The translations under genes were made by a program, and so were the position numbers. Below the pieces are notes generated by a model. The model was not told the DNA's origin. It searched no databases and worked only from the letters and a program-made list of their open reading frames with translations. 42,260 nucleotides of DNA from a virus. Lineage: Duplodnaviria > Caudoviricetes. The DNA is taken from positions 1 to 42,260 of the IMG/VR virus record IMGVR_UViG_3300044611_001249, one strand, 5' to 3'. Positions 1 to 9,039 of this stretch are shown here, in pieces. The first letter of the stretch is position 1, and every line of letters begins with the position of its first letter.

Positions 1-241
1 AAGACTCCTTGAGTCCCTTGGTCAAATTGCCCAAGCGAAACCTGAGGTATTTGATCGAATCGACGCGGATGGAACGGTGGACTTCTTGGCTGATGCCTAC
101 GATGTCAGCTACCAGACTCTGACTCCGATGGAGCAGGTAAAACAGATCCGTGACGATCGTGCGGCTAAGCAAGATCAAGCGGGCGAAAGCGAGGGTATGA
201 ACCAGGATTCTGGTACAGCCCTCAATATGGCCAAGGCTTTA
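1..241. repeat. Terminal overlap copy 1 (circular-assembly overlap within the portal gene)
   Basis: Matches 42020-42260 with 6 substitutions (positions 52, 100, 124, 154, 163, 164). Confidence 0.95.
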
Positions 242-304
242 CAAGCCGCAACTCAAGCTGGAGGTATGACTGATGGGGCTAAAGGACCTGCTGCAAAGGC
301 GTGA
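2..304 (+). CDS. Portal protein, C-terminal end (continues from 40659 across the contig join)
   Basis: Same frame as the ORF starting at ATG 40659 once the 241-bp overlap is merged; stop at 304; total ~554 aa. Confidence 0.9.
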   Translation, partial: RLLESLGQIAQAKPEVFDRIDADGTVDFLADAYDVSYQTLTPMEQVKQIRDDRAAKQDQAGESEGMNQDSGTALNMAKALQAATQAGGMTDGAKGPAAKA

Positions 305-533
305 TCACGTCGCAAGCGCCTATCGAGCGGTATTTGAATCTCCGCAAGGTGAAATCGTGCTGGCCCACTTGGCTAAGCACGGTTTTGTTTTCGACTCGAC
401 CTTCGTTCAAGGTGATCCAACTGCGACAAGCCTGAACGAAGGCTCGCGAAGAATGGTGCTTAGTATCCTTCGGATGCTGAACACTGATTTCAATAAACTC
501 CGACAAATGATGGAGGATACACAAAATGTTTAA
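273..533 (+). CDS. Small head-associated protein (Bordetella phage BPP-1 Bbp19-like)
   Basis: 86 aa between portal and scaffold; pattern AYRAVFESPQGEIVLAHL...NEGSRR is typical of this family. Confidence 0.7.
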   Translation: MGLKDLLQRRDHVASAYRAVFESPQGEIVLAHLAKHGFVFDSTFVQGDPTATSLNEGSRRMVLSILRMLNTDFNKLRQMMEDTQNV

Positions 534-1446
534 GGCTCGATATGCATTCATGGATGAAATGGGCGGAGACGGTGGCGCCGGCGGCGCTGGCGGGGCTCCT
601 GGCGGCGCTGGTGGGGCTCCTGCTGGTTCTGGTACTGGTGGAAGTATTGATTACTCCGCCCTCTCAGCGAACTTCAAACAAGCCCTCTCGTCCGACTACC
701 AAAGTCACCCGGCGCTGAATGACATCAAGGACCTTAACGGTCTGGCGAAGTCGTACATCAGCGCGCAGCAGATGATCGGTGCTGACAAAATCGTTCTTCC
801 GCGCACAGATGCTACGCAAGAAGAGTGGAACAACCTGTATACCAAGCTGGGCCGTCCAGAGGCTCCTGATGCCTACGAACTCGGCCAGGGCATCGAGTTC
901 CCAGCAGGGTTTCCTCACGACGACAAGATTGACTCGTTCGTCAAGGGCTTGTTCCATGAGGCTGGGTTGAACCCGAACCAAGCTGCTACCCTCTACGAGG
1001 GGTTTACCAAGATGCAGATTGAGGAATTCACCAATGCTACAAACGCCCAGATGCAGTCTGTTCAGGCTGGACTGGACGGTCTCCGTAGTGAGTGGGGCGG
1101 CAAGTTCGATACCAACGTTGCAATGGCTCGTCAGGCTATCCACGCATTCGGAGGCGAGGACGTCAAAGCCCTACTCAACCAGAACGGCCTTGGGGACCAT
1201 CCGCTCCTGATCAAGACCTTTGCAAACATCGGCGCTTCACTTGCTGAAGACCGTGCGTTCAATGAACGTTCTGGCGACGGTGGCTTCGTCCAATCGCAGG
1301 ATCAGGCTCGTGTTGAGATCAGCAAGTTGCAGTCGGACGAGGGCTTCATGAAGGCTTACACCAATCGGGATCATCCGCAACACCAAGCCACCAAGGCTCG
1401 GATGGATGCTCTCTGGGGTAAGGCCTATCCTGGACCGCAGCAGTAA
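526..1446 (+). CDS. Capsid scaffolding protein
   Basis: 306 aa, GGAGG RBS, Gly-rich N-terminus; LGRPEAPDAY, EWGGKFD and GLGDHP motifs; directly upstream of the capsid gene. Confidence 0.8.
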   Translation: MFKARYAFMDEMGGDGGAGGAGGAPGGAGGAPAGSGTGGSIDYSALSANFKQALSSDYQSHPALNDIKDLNGLAKSYISAQQMIGADKIVLPRTDATQEEWNNLYTKLGRPEAPDAYELGQGIEFPAGFPHDDKIDSFVKGLFHEAGLNPNQAATLYEGFTKMQIEEFTNATNAQMQSVQAGLDGLRSEWGGKFDTNVAMARQAIHAFGGEDVKALLNQNGLGDHPLLIKTFANIGASLAEDRAFNERSGDGGFVQSQDQARVEISKLQSDEGFMKAYTNRDHPQHQATKARMDALWGKAYPGPQQ

Positions 1447-1465
1447 TTTCCCCGCAACCCAGGGG

Positions 1466-1494
1466 TTTACATGATTGGACCCCTGGGGTATAAT
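1466..1494 (+). promoter_or_regulatory. Sigma70-type promoter for the capsid operon
   Basis: TTTACA (1466-1471), 17-bp spacer, TATAAT (1489-1494) in the scaffold-capsid intergenic region. Confidence 0.8.
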
Positions 1495-1498
1495 GGTT

Positions 1499-1633
1499 AC
1501 ATCGGGTAGCACTATGTGTCCGATTGGCCGTCTGGAAACAGACCACCCACGCAGGTGTAATCGCTAGAGGGGTCCGACATCGGGTAGCTCTTCGAAAATG
1601 TGAAGTATTCTTTCATTTTTTCAGGAGACAGAT
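1499..1633 (+). ncRNA. Putative structured 5' leader of the capsid mRNA
   Basis: ACATCGGGTAGC repeated at 1499-1510 and 1577-1588; GTCTG-GAAA-CAGAC tetraloop hairpin at 1530-1543; several further stems. Confidence 0.5.
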
Positions 1634-2527
1634 ATGTCACTCCAAATTGATCTGGCGATGGTGAATGCCTATAAGGCAAACGTCACGCTGCTGGTTCAGC
1701 AGAAGGGCTCGCGTCTGCGTAGCGCAGTTCGCACTGAGTCCCAGAACGCTGAGTTCGAGTTCTACGATCGCATCGGTGCAACCGAAGCTCAAGAAATCAC
1801 CGGCCGTCACCAAGACACGCCGCTGATGTCCACTCCGCACGATCGCCGTCGTGTGTCGCTGCGCGACTTCGACTGGGCCGACCTGATCGACCGTCAGGAC
1901 AAGCTGAAAATGCTCATGGACCCCACGGGCCCGTACGCACAGAACGCTGTCTACGCCATGGGTCGCAAGATGGACGATCTGCTCATCGATGCCGCTCTCG
2001 GCACTGCGTACTCCGGCAAGACCGGCGCAACCAGCGTCGCCTTCCCCGCTGCCAACCAGATCGCCGTCAACTACGTCGAATCCGGTGGCGCATCCAACAG
2101 CAACCTGACCATCGGCAAGCTTCGTCGCACGAAGGAAATCTTCGATGCTTACGACAACGATCCCGATGAAGAGCGCTTCATGACCTGTACGGCCAACAGC
2201 TTGCACTCGCTGCTGCGCAATACGGAAGTCACGAACGCCGACTACAACTCGGTCAAGGCTCTGGTTGAGGGCAAGCTCGATACCTTCCTCGGGTTCACGT
2301 TCATCCGTACCCAACGCCTCCAGGTCGACGGTTCCGGCTATCGCCGCCACCTCGCGTGGATCAAGTCCGGTATGCTGCTCGCGGTCTCGCAAGAGCCGGG
2401 TGTCGACGTCGGTCCGCGCCGTGACAAGCGCAATTCGGTCCAGGTCTATGTGACTCTGGGTATCGGGGCAACCCGCATGGAAGAAGAGAAGGTCGTCGAG
2501 ATCAAAGTCGACGAGTCCGTCCTCTAA
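1634..2527 (+). CDS. Major capsid protein
   Basis: 297 aa, AGGAG RBS, strong codon bias; LVQQKGSRLR, DTPLMSTPHDRR, AMGRKMD and FLGFTF motifs typical of podovirus HK97-fold capsids; follows scaffold. Confidence 0.9.
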   Translation: MSLQIDLAMVNAYKANVTLLVQQKGSRLRSAVRTESQNAEFEFYDRIGATEAQEITGRHQDTPLMSTPHDRRRVSLRDFDWADLIDRQDKLKMLMDPTGPYAQNAVYAMGRKMDDLLIDAALGTAYSGKTGATSVAFPAANQIAVNYVESGGASNSNLTIGKLRRTKEIFDAYDNDPDEERFMTCTANSLHSLLRNTEVTNADYNSVKALVEGKLDTFLGFTFIRTQRLQVDGSGYRRHLAWIKSGMLLAVSQEPGVDVGPRRDKRNSVQVYVTLGIGATRMEEEKVVEIKVDESVL

Positions 2528-2551
2528 TCCGCATAGCCAAGGAGAACTTTC

Positions 2552-3007
2552 ATGGCAACGTTCAGCTCCGTCGAATACACCGCCCAAACCGCGGTTCCTC
2601 CGACTCCGTTGGATCCGACTCAGGACAAGGGGCGTGTTCGCATCGCTCACTTTGATCTGACCGGTATCGTTTCGGGTTCCATCGGTGACGTCATCCAGTG
2701 CTGCAAACTGCCGGCCGGCAAAGTGCGCGTTCTGCGTTACTGCAACAAGCACGGTTCGTGGGCCGCTTCCTCGACCTTCTCGCTGGGCAACGCGGCGTAC
2801 ACCCGCTCGTCCGACAAGACTACGGTCGCGGCTTCGGCTACCTCGGTGGCTGCCGCGGTGACGATGAACAACTCCACTGACGTCGATGTTCTGGCCGGCG
2901 TGGTGTTCGATTCGACCACTGGTGTTCTCATTCAGGGTACGGTCGCAGGTGCGGCTGGTGGTACCCTCCCGTCCTCGCTCGGTTGGATCGAGTACGTTCA
3001 GGACTAA
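2552..3007 (+). CDS. Capsid decoration/cement protein
   Basis: 151 aa, AAGGAG RBS, beta-rich with KLPAG motif; co-transcribed with the capsid gene before the terminator. Confidence 0.65.
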   Translation: MATFSSVEYTAQTAVPPTPLDPTQDKGRVRIAHFDLTGIVSGSIGDVIQCCKLPAGKVRVLRYCNKHGSWAASSTFSLGNAAYTRSSDKTTVAASATSVAAAVTMNNSTDVDVLAGVVFDSTTGVLIQGTVAGAAGGTLPSSLGWIEYVQD

Positions 3008-3026
3008 AGGTTGCAGTTGGGCCTTG

Positions 3027-3060
3027 GCCAGGATCTCCATTAGGGGGTTCTGGCTTTTTT
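3027..3060 (+). terminator. Rho-independent terminator after the capsid/decoration genes
   Basis: 12-bp stem GCCAGGATCTCC / GGGGGTTCTGGC (3 G-U pairs), loop ATTA, followed by TTTTTT. Confidence 0.85.
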
Positions 3061-3070
3061 GGGAGTAGTT

Positions 3071-3634
3071 ATGGCTTCTTCGCAAATTGAGATTGTCAAC
3101 TACGCCTTGGCTGAATTGGGGGCAGATCTCATCACCTCGATGAGCGACCCTGTAAAGGCCGCATCACTCGCCACTGCAATGTGGCCAATATGTACTGAGG
3201 CAGTTATGCGGGCCTATCCGTGGAACTGCCTTATTGATCGTGCGGACTTGACTCCAGACGCACAGGCACCGCTTGGCGATGACTGGAGTACTTCCTTCGC
3301 GCTGCCGCCTCTGTGTCTACGCGTACTCAGGACCGATATCACCGACGACGAGTATGTTGTGGAGGGCCGGAAGCTGCTGGCTAACACGAACACAGTGAAG
3401 ATTAAATACCTGAAGAAGGTTACCGATGTAACCCTTTGGGACTCACTGTTCGTTCATGCAGTCACCGCTCGTATGGCACAAGCTCTAGCCTACCCATTGA
3501 CTCAATCGCAATCCCTGAAGGATACCATGGGCGAAGCCTACAAGACTCGCGTGCGAGAAGCTCGTTCCATCGATGCTCAGGAAGGAAAGCTAGACACGCT
3601 ACAAGCTGATGAGTGGCTGGAGTCGAGGGTATAG
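3071..3634 (+). CDS. Tail tubular protein A / head-tail adaptor (T7 gp11-like)
   Basis: ATG 3071 with GGAG RBS; IVNYALAELG, YPWNC and FALPPLCLRV motifs; position after the capsid module. Confidence 0.8.
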   Translation: MASSQIEIVNYALAELGADLITSMSDPVKAASLATAMWPICTEAVMRAYPWNCLIDRADLTPDAQAPLGDDWSTSFALPPLCLRVLRTDITDDEYVVEGRKLLANTNTVKIKYLKKVTDVTLWDSLFVHAVTARMAQALAYPLTQSQSLKDTMGEAYKTRVREARSIDAQEGKLDTLQADEWLESRV

Positions 3635-3635
3635 C

Positions 3636-5813
3636 ATGGCACGAGCGTCTATAATTCAGACGAACTTCACCGCGGGTGAGCTATCTCCAAGGATGGCAGC
3701 CCGCGTTGACGTTTCAAAATACGCCAACGGTTGTTTCAAACTTGAGAACTTCGTAGTTCTTCCGCAGGGTGGAATCTCCCGGCGCACAGGCACGTATTAC
3801 GTAAAACCTGCAAAGAACAGCAACAAACTGGCTCGCCTTATTCCGTTTAAGTTCTCTGTAACACAAGCTTATGCTATTGAGCTTGGTGACACGTATATGC
3901 GGTTCTTCAAGGACCACGGACAGATCATTACCTCAGGTGTTGCGGCGTGGGTAACAGCTACGGCCTATACTGTAGGGGATCTTGTCACGAATGGTGGTAC
4001 CACGTACTACTGCATAACAGCCCACACGTCTTCTGCGGCTTTTGCCACAGACTCCGCTAAGTGGTATGCCCAGACTGGAACTATCTACGAGATTCCCAGT
4101 CCGTACACAGAGGCTCAGTTGCGCAAGGTGCGTTGGGCCCAGAGTACCGACACAGTATACATGGTGCATGGTTCTGTTCGCCCAAAGAAGTTGACGAGAA
4201 CTACGCACACGCGTTGGACGTTGACGGATATGAATTTCGTCGACGGTCCGTACATGGACAACAACGCCACAGCAACTACTCTAACTCCGGCAGCAACTAC
4301 CGGAAACGGGATCGTGGTGACTGCTTCCTCGATTGTGGGCATTAACGGCGGTCAGGGCTTCTTGATAACGGATATTGGTCGGGGCATTCGTATCAAGAAC
4401 GGATCCACGTGGGGCTGGGGCAAGATCGTTGGACATTCCAGTACCACCTCGATTACGGTAGATATTATCAGCGCATTTGCAGCAACCTCCGCCATTAACC
4501 TGTGGGCACTCGGACTCTGGTCTGATACGACAGGTTGGCCACAGAGCGTGGGTTTCTACGAAGACCGCCTTTGGTTCGGAGGCACGACCAATGGCCCGCA
4601 GACCTTCTCTGCTTCGATTTCTGGGGCCTATGAGACCTTCTCGCCAACGCAGAAGGACGCTACTGTTATCGCAGACAGTGGCCTTGTGTACACGATTTCG
4701 ACGGATGACGTAAACGACATCAAGTGGTTCTCTGCTGGTAAGGTCCTCTCTATCCTGACCGGTAGCGCAGAGTTCACTGTGTCTGCGTCTAACCTGAACG
4801 AGGCGATTACGCCTACTAACATCAAGGTCGTACGTGAAACTAATCGCGGATGTAATGACACTCGTCCGGCTCGGATTGATTCTTCGGTTCTGTTTGCGCA
4901 GGCTTCTGGTCGAAAGCTTCGCGAGTACGCTTACTCGTTCCAGACTGATCAGTTCCAAGCACCTGACATGACCGTCTTGTCTGAGCGTATTACGCGTTCA
5001 GGCATCGTGGACATGGATTACCAGCAAGAACCCTACAGCATAGTCTGGGTGATCTTGAACAACGGCCAATTGATTGCCTTGACCTATAATCGTGAGCAAG
5101 AAATCGTTGGTTGGCATCGGCACCCGCTTGGTGGTACAAATGCCAAGGCTATATCGATTTGTTGTATACCTGCACCTGACGGCACCTACAATGAAGTATG
5201 GCTTCTGGTTGAGCGTACTATCAACGGGGCTACAGTCAAGTCGCTGGAGTATCTGACACCTGAGGTTGAGTATGAGGTCTCGACGGATAAGGAGAAAGCG
5301 TTCTTCGTGGATTGTGGGCTTACCTACGAGGGCGCATCTACCTCTACAATCAGCGGGTTGAACCACCTCATTGGCGAGACGGTTTCTATCCTTGGCAACG
5401 GCGCTGTTCAACCTGATAAGGTCGTTAGCGGTGGTGGAACCATTACACTGGATTATCCAGTGACGAAGGCTTCAATAGGCCTTAAGTACAAGTCAGCGAT
5501 GCTTTCAACCCGATGGGAAATTGGTGGCAACGAAGGTACGGCGCAAGGCAAGACCGGGCGTATTCATAATCTCGCTATCAGATTCCTGGACACCCTTGGC
5601 TGCAAGTACGGACCGTCTGCAAGCAAGCTTGAGGAACTACAGTTCCGTACACCTTCCATGCCTATGAACCAATCGCCCGATCTGTTTACGGGTGATAAGA
5701 CGGTTTCATTCCCGGCGGACTACGGTACTGAGCGTCAAGTGTACCTGGAGACAGATCAACCGTATCCTTGCACAGTTCTTGGAGTTATGCCTGCGATGGT
5801 GGTTTATGGCTGA
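3636..5813 (+). CDS. Tail tubular protein B / nozzle (T7 gp12-like)
   Basis: Begins QTNFTAGELSP; GGISRRTGT, FYEDRLWFGG and VGWHRH motifs; includes a WVTATAYTVGDLV carbohydrate-binding-like insert. Confidence 0.85.
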   Translation: MARASIIQTNFTAGELSPRMAARVDVSKYANGCFKLENFVVLPQGGISRRTGTYYVKPAKNSNKLARLIPFKFSVTQAYAIELGDTYMRFFKDHGQIITSGVAAWVTATAYTVGDLVTNGGTTYYCITAHTSSAAFATDSAKWYAQTGTIYEIPSPYTEAQLRKVRWAQSTDTVYMVHGSVRPKKLTRTTHTRWTLTDMNFVDGPYMDNNATATTLTPAATTGNGIVVTASSIVGINGGQGFLITDIGRGIRIKNGSTWGWGKIVGHSSTTSITVDIISAFAATSAINLWALGLWSDTTGWPQSVGFYEDRLWFGGTTNGPQTFSASISGAYETFSPTQKDATVIADSGLVYTISTDDVNDIKWFSAGKVLSILTGSAEFTVSASNLNEAITPTNIKVVRETNRGCNDTRPARIDSSVLFAQASGRKLREYAYSFQTDQFQAPDMTVLSERITRSGIVDMDYQQEPYSIVWVILNNGQLIALTYNREQEIVGWHRHPLGGTNAKAISICCIPAPDGTYNEVWLLVERTINGATVKSLEYLTPEVEYEVSTDKEKAFFVDCGLTYEGASTSTISGLNHLIGETVSILGNGAVQPDKVVSGGGTITLDYPVTKASIGLKYKSAMLSTRWEIGGNEGTAQGKTGRIHNLAIRFLDTLGCKYGPSASKLEELQFRTPSMPMNQSPDLFTGDKTVSFPADYGTERQVYLETDQPYPCTVLGVMPAMVVYG

Positions 5814-6249
5814 GACGATAGCTGAACCGTTCAACTCGAAACAGTTGATCTTGTATAAGCCGCGAGCAACAGACGTTTTTGATGGGGATCCAGTACTAGA
5901 GATAACAGGCATTGCTGAACTGTCCTCAGCTGTTACACTACTTGAGGCAGATACTGGCTATGTTGTGGCTGTTGGTGGAGTTCTTCCATTGTGGAAGGGC
6001 GTTGGTGATGTTTGGATGGTAGGCTCGGATCTTGTGCCGAAGTATCCAAGAGCCATTTATCGGTTAGCCAGAGCCATGCTACGAGAAGCCTCCAAGGGAC
6101 TGACGCTGCGTCGGTTGCAGTGCACGGTTGATCCGCGGTACGAGGAGCACGTTAGATTTATCGAACGACTTGGTTTTACCTCTGAGGGCCTTATGCGTAA
6201 GTTCGGTCCCCATGGTGAAGATCACGTCAGATATGCGAAGGTGATATAA
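5806..6249 (+). CDS. GNAT-fold acetyltransferase-like protein (T7 gp13 position)
   Basis: ATG 5806; GVGDVWM and RFIERLGFTSEG motifs; lies between nozzle and ejection genes. Confidence 0.7.
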   Translation: MAETIAEPFNSKQLILYKPRATDVFDGDPVLEITGIAELSSAVTLLEADTGYVVAVGGVLPLWKGVGDVWMVGSDLVPKYPRAIYRLARAMLREASKGLTLRRLQCTVDPRYEEHVRFIERLGFTSEGLMRKFGPHGEDHVRYAKVI

Positions 6250-6803
6250 TGGCATGGGTTACACTGGTTGTCGCGGCGGTTCAGGCTATTAGCTCTATTC
6301 AGCAAGCTAAGCAGGAGTCGAGTGCACTTAAGCAGAACGCCAAGATCCACGAGAACAATGCGAAGCTCTTTACTGCACAGGCGACTGAGCAGGAGCGGAA
6401 ACATCGCATGCAGACTGATGCCATGCTTGCGCGTAACCGCGTGGGCGTGGCGAAATCCGGTGTTACTATGTCCGGTACGCCTTTACTTGTGGCAGAGGAT
6501 ATCACAGGCCAGAGTGAACTGGACGCGTTGACTATTCGCTACAATGGTGAGATGAAGGCTAGCAGTCAGCGCTATCAAGCGTCCGTAGCCAAGGCGCAGG
6601 CTAGCAACGTAAAGGCCGGCGGGTATATGTCGGCCGTCGGCTCTATCCTGGGCGGTGTTGCTGGTTACGCCAATGCAGGTGGATTCGCAGGCTCTACGGC
6701 AGGTTCTGGTCTAACTCAGAGTGGCTCTGCAAACCTGTCTTCAATGAACGGTGGATACGGTATTCGCGTCCCGAGTGACTACGGCTACAGGCCACAGGTG
6801 TAA
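6249..6803 (+). CDS. Internal virion/ejection protein (gp14-like)
   Basis: 184 aa, Ala/Gln-rich helical; AKSGVTMSGTPL motif; Gly-rich hydrophobic C-terminal segment. Confidence 0.7.
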   Translation: MAWVTLVVAAVQAISSIQQAKQESSALKQNAKIHENNAKLFTAQATEQERKHRMQTDAMLARNRVGVAKSGVTMSGTPLLVAEDITGQSELDALTIRYNGEMKASSQRYQASVAKAQASNVKAGGYMSAVGSILGGVAGYANAGGFAGSTAGSGLTQSGSANLSSMNGGYGIRVPSDYGYRPQV

Positions 6804-6804
6804 A

Positions 6805-9039
6805 ATGAAAATCGAAACCTACAACTCGAACGTACTGCCTGATGCGACTCCTCAGCCGACTGGTCCTATTGAGATGGGAAACAGTCGCGGTACGGCGGCT
6901 CTTGCTCAAGGTCTTGATCAGCTAGGTAGCGCGACCACTCGTCTTGCCGTTCGCCAGCAGGAAGAGGACGACCACCTTTGGTCCATGAATGCTATGACCG
7001 AGTTCAGGCAGCAGCATATGCGCCTGTTCGAGGACGCAAAGGACAACGCCCCAGACGGCGCCGACGGCTTTACGAAGGACCAGAACGACCAGTTCGAGTC
7101 CAACATGAAGCTGATGCTGGAGACGGCCCCGACTAAGCGTTCTCGTCAGCTGGCTGAGATGCAGGCTCGAGAATTTCAGCAGTCGTACTTTGCCCACTCT
7201 CTACAGTTTGAAAGTGCCGAACGCCAGCGCAATCGTTTCCAGCAGCATGTTGACGGAGCAAAGGCTGAGTCGAATGAGATTGACTTGGCGGCGTCTCCGC
7301 TTGATGCTTACTTGCAACTGGTGCCTGCTCGTTTGAAGTTGATTGCGGGCTCTGGTGGGGATCCTTCCGCACGCCAGAAGATTGCCGATGGTGTATCGAA
7401 TCACTACTCCAAGACACTTGTGCTGGCGGATGCTCGTAGGGATCCTGCCGGCACACTCGCGAAGATTGATGACGGCACGTATTCCAAGCTGGTAGGCTGG
7501 AATCTCTACGGCGACCAGCTGGAGATGCTTCGTCGTGGGGTGGAGGCTCGTGTTAATCATCGGGATTCTGGTGAGTCGGCTGTTATTCGGGATGCTATCA
7601 CTGAGTGGGTTGAGCGAGTCAAACGGGCCGAGTATGATCCCAATACTGGCAAGATGACTCCTCCGCCAGAATTCGCCTACGACGACGCTCGAGTTGAAAA
7701 AGCTCTCGGACCAGTGGCCTACAAGAACTGGAAAGAGAAGAAACAGGTTTTGCCTATTGTCATGGAGATCGGAGCAAGGATCCCTCTGATGGGCCCGAAA
7801 GAGATCTCCGAGACTCGAGCCAAGTTTAAGGCTGACGTGAACTCGGGCAAGGTCTCTGCCGAATTTGGCAATGCTGCCGAAAGCGCTCTTGATGATATCA
7901 TCCGGAACGTTACTAAGGAGAGACGTGAGGATCCTGCAACCGCGGCCCAGCGGGCGGCTGCGGGGTTATTCGGGGAAACTTATACCAATGGCACTCACGC
8001 AGACCAATTGAGTGCGCGAGTGATGGTTCAAAAAGGGATCTTCGGACTGCAGGACCACGAGGTCCGTTTGCTTGGCAAAGAAGAGCTCAAAGACACTGTT
8101 CGCAAACTTAAGGACATGACTCCAGATGGAGTGCAGGCCTACTTGCGTGAACTTCCTGAGCAGATCAATCAATCTCTGAAGAACGCAAAGATTATTCAGG
8201 GCAAGCACGAAGCCTTCAATCCTGAGAAGATGTCTAGCTTGTATATGGCAGAATTGTTCCAGCAAGGCGGATTGAATAAAGAGTATCTGTGGACGAACTT
8301 CTCGTCGAATCAGCACTATGGGAATACTTTGCTTGCGGCCACTCGTGCGAAAGAAGCTGAACTGGCAAAAGCTCTTCCAAAGGAGCAGGTAGTTGACTTG
8401 AACAAGCAAATCGAGACCAACGAAACTCTGGGTCAGTTCACGCGCATTATCTCAGCCTCAGCTGGGCCAGAGGGTGCCGACTATATTGGCTCACTGCAAT
8501 CCCTTGTTACCAAGGCTGCTATGATTGCCATGCAGGATCCGAATAAGCCGCAGATCAAGAATGTGGTGGATGCGATTGTCAAGGATGTGATCGACGACCA
8601 GATTTCGCTCAACGGTACCTACTACGTGCCGAAGCAAGATCCGCTTACTCACCGGCCCCTAGATCACAAAAAGATCGACGAGCAGCTGAAACTTGCTGGC
8701 GACAATTGGACCAAGGCTAACGGGGACCGATTTGTGCCTGTTATCCACACCAAGAAAACTGGACTTCAGGGCTCGCAGACACACACAGATGGTTCGTTGA
8801 ACCCGCGAGATGGAACCTACGTGTGGCTGTCGAACTCTGACGGTTCAGGCGTTTACCGCGCCGTACGGCTTATGGGGTCTGCTCAGGGCGATCAGCCTGG
8901 AGCCTACGCTGCTGTGCTTGATGGAAATAAACAGCGCTATGAGGTCTTGTTTAAGGATCTGGAAATGGTGTCTGGTTATGCTAAGGCTCACGCCTCGGCT
9001 CCTCGTAGGATTTCTGCAGGCTCTATTAGGGGCAAGTAA
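6805..9039 (+). CDS. Internal virion/ejection protein (gp15-like)
   Basis: ATG 6805 directly after the previous stop; ~744 aa, helical; second gene of the ejectosome block. Confidence 0.6.
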   Translation: MKIETYNSNVLPDATPQPTGPIEMGNSRGTAALAQGLDQLGSATTRLAVRQQEEDDHLWSMNAMTEFRQQHMRLFEDAKDNAPDGADGFTKDQNDQFESNMKLMLETAPTKRSRQLAEMQAREFQQSYFAHSLQFESAERQRNRFQQHVDGAKAESNEIDLAASPLDAYLQLVPARLKLIAGSGGDPSARQKIADGVSNHYSKTLVLADARRDPAGTLAKIDDGTYSKLVGWNLYGDQLEMLRRGVEARVNHRDSGESAVIRDAITEWVERVKRAEYDPNTGKMTPPPEFAYDDARVEKALGPVAYKNWKEKKQVLPIVMEIGARIPLMGPKEISETRAKFKADVNSGKVSAEFGNAAESALDDIIRNVTKERREDPATAAQRAAAGLFGETYTNGTHADQLSARVMVQKGIFGLQDHEVRLLGKEELKDTVRKLKDMTPDGVQAYLRELPEQINQSLKNAKIIQGKHEAFNPEKMSSLYMAELFQQGGLNKEYLWTNFSSNQHYGNTLLAATRAKEAELAKALPKEQVVDLNKQIETNETLGQFTRIISASAGPEGADYIGSLQSLVTKAAMIAMQDPNKPQIKNVVDAIVKDVIDDQISLNGTYYVPKQDPLTHRPLDHKKIDEQLKLAGDNWTKANGDRFVPVIHTKKTGLQGSQTHTDGSLNPRDGTYVWLSNSDGSGVYRAVRLMGSAQGDQPGAYAAVLDGNKQRYEVLFKDLEMVSGYAKAHASAPRRISAGSIRGK

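Noticed and set aside
1-241. Physical direct terminal repeat of the virion DNA
   Set aside because: Falls in the middle of the portal CDS and the two copies are not identical; better explained as assembly overlap.
1637-3085. 482-aa antisense ORF across the capsid and decoration genes
   Set aside because: Shadow of strongly codon-biased sense genes; no recognisable motifs or RBS.
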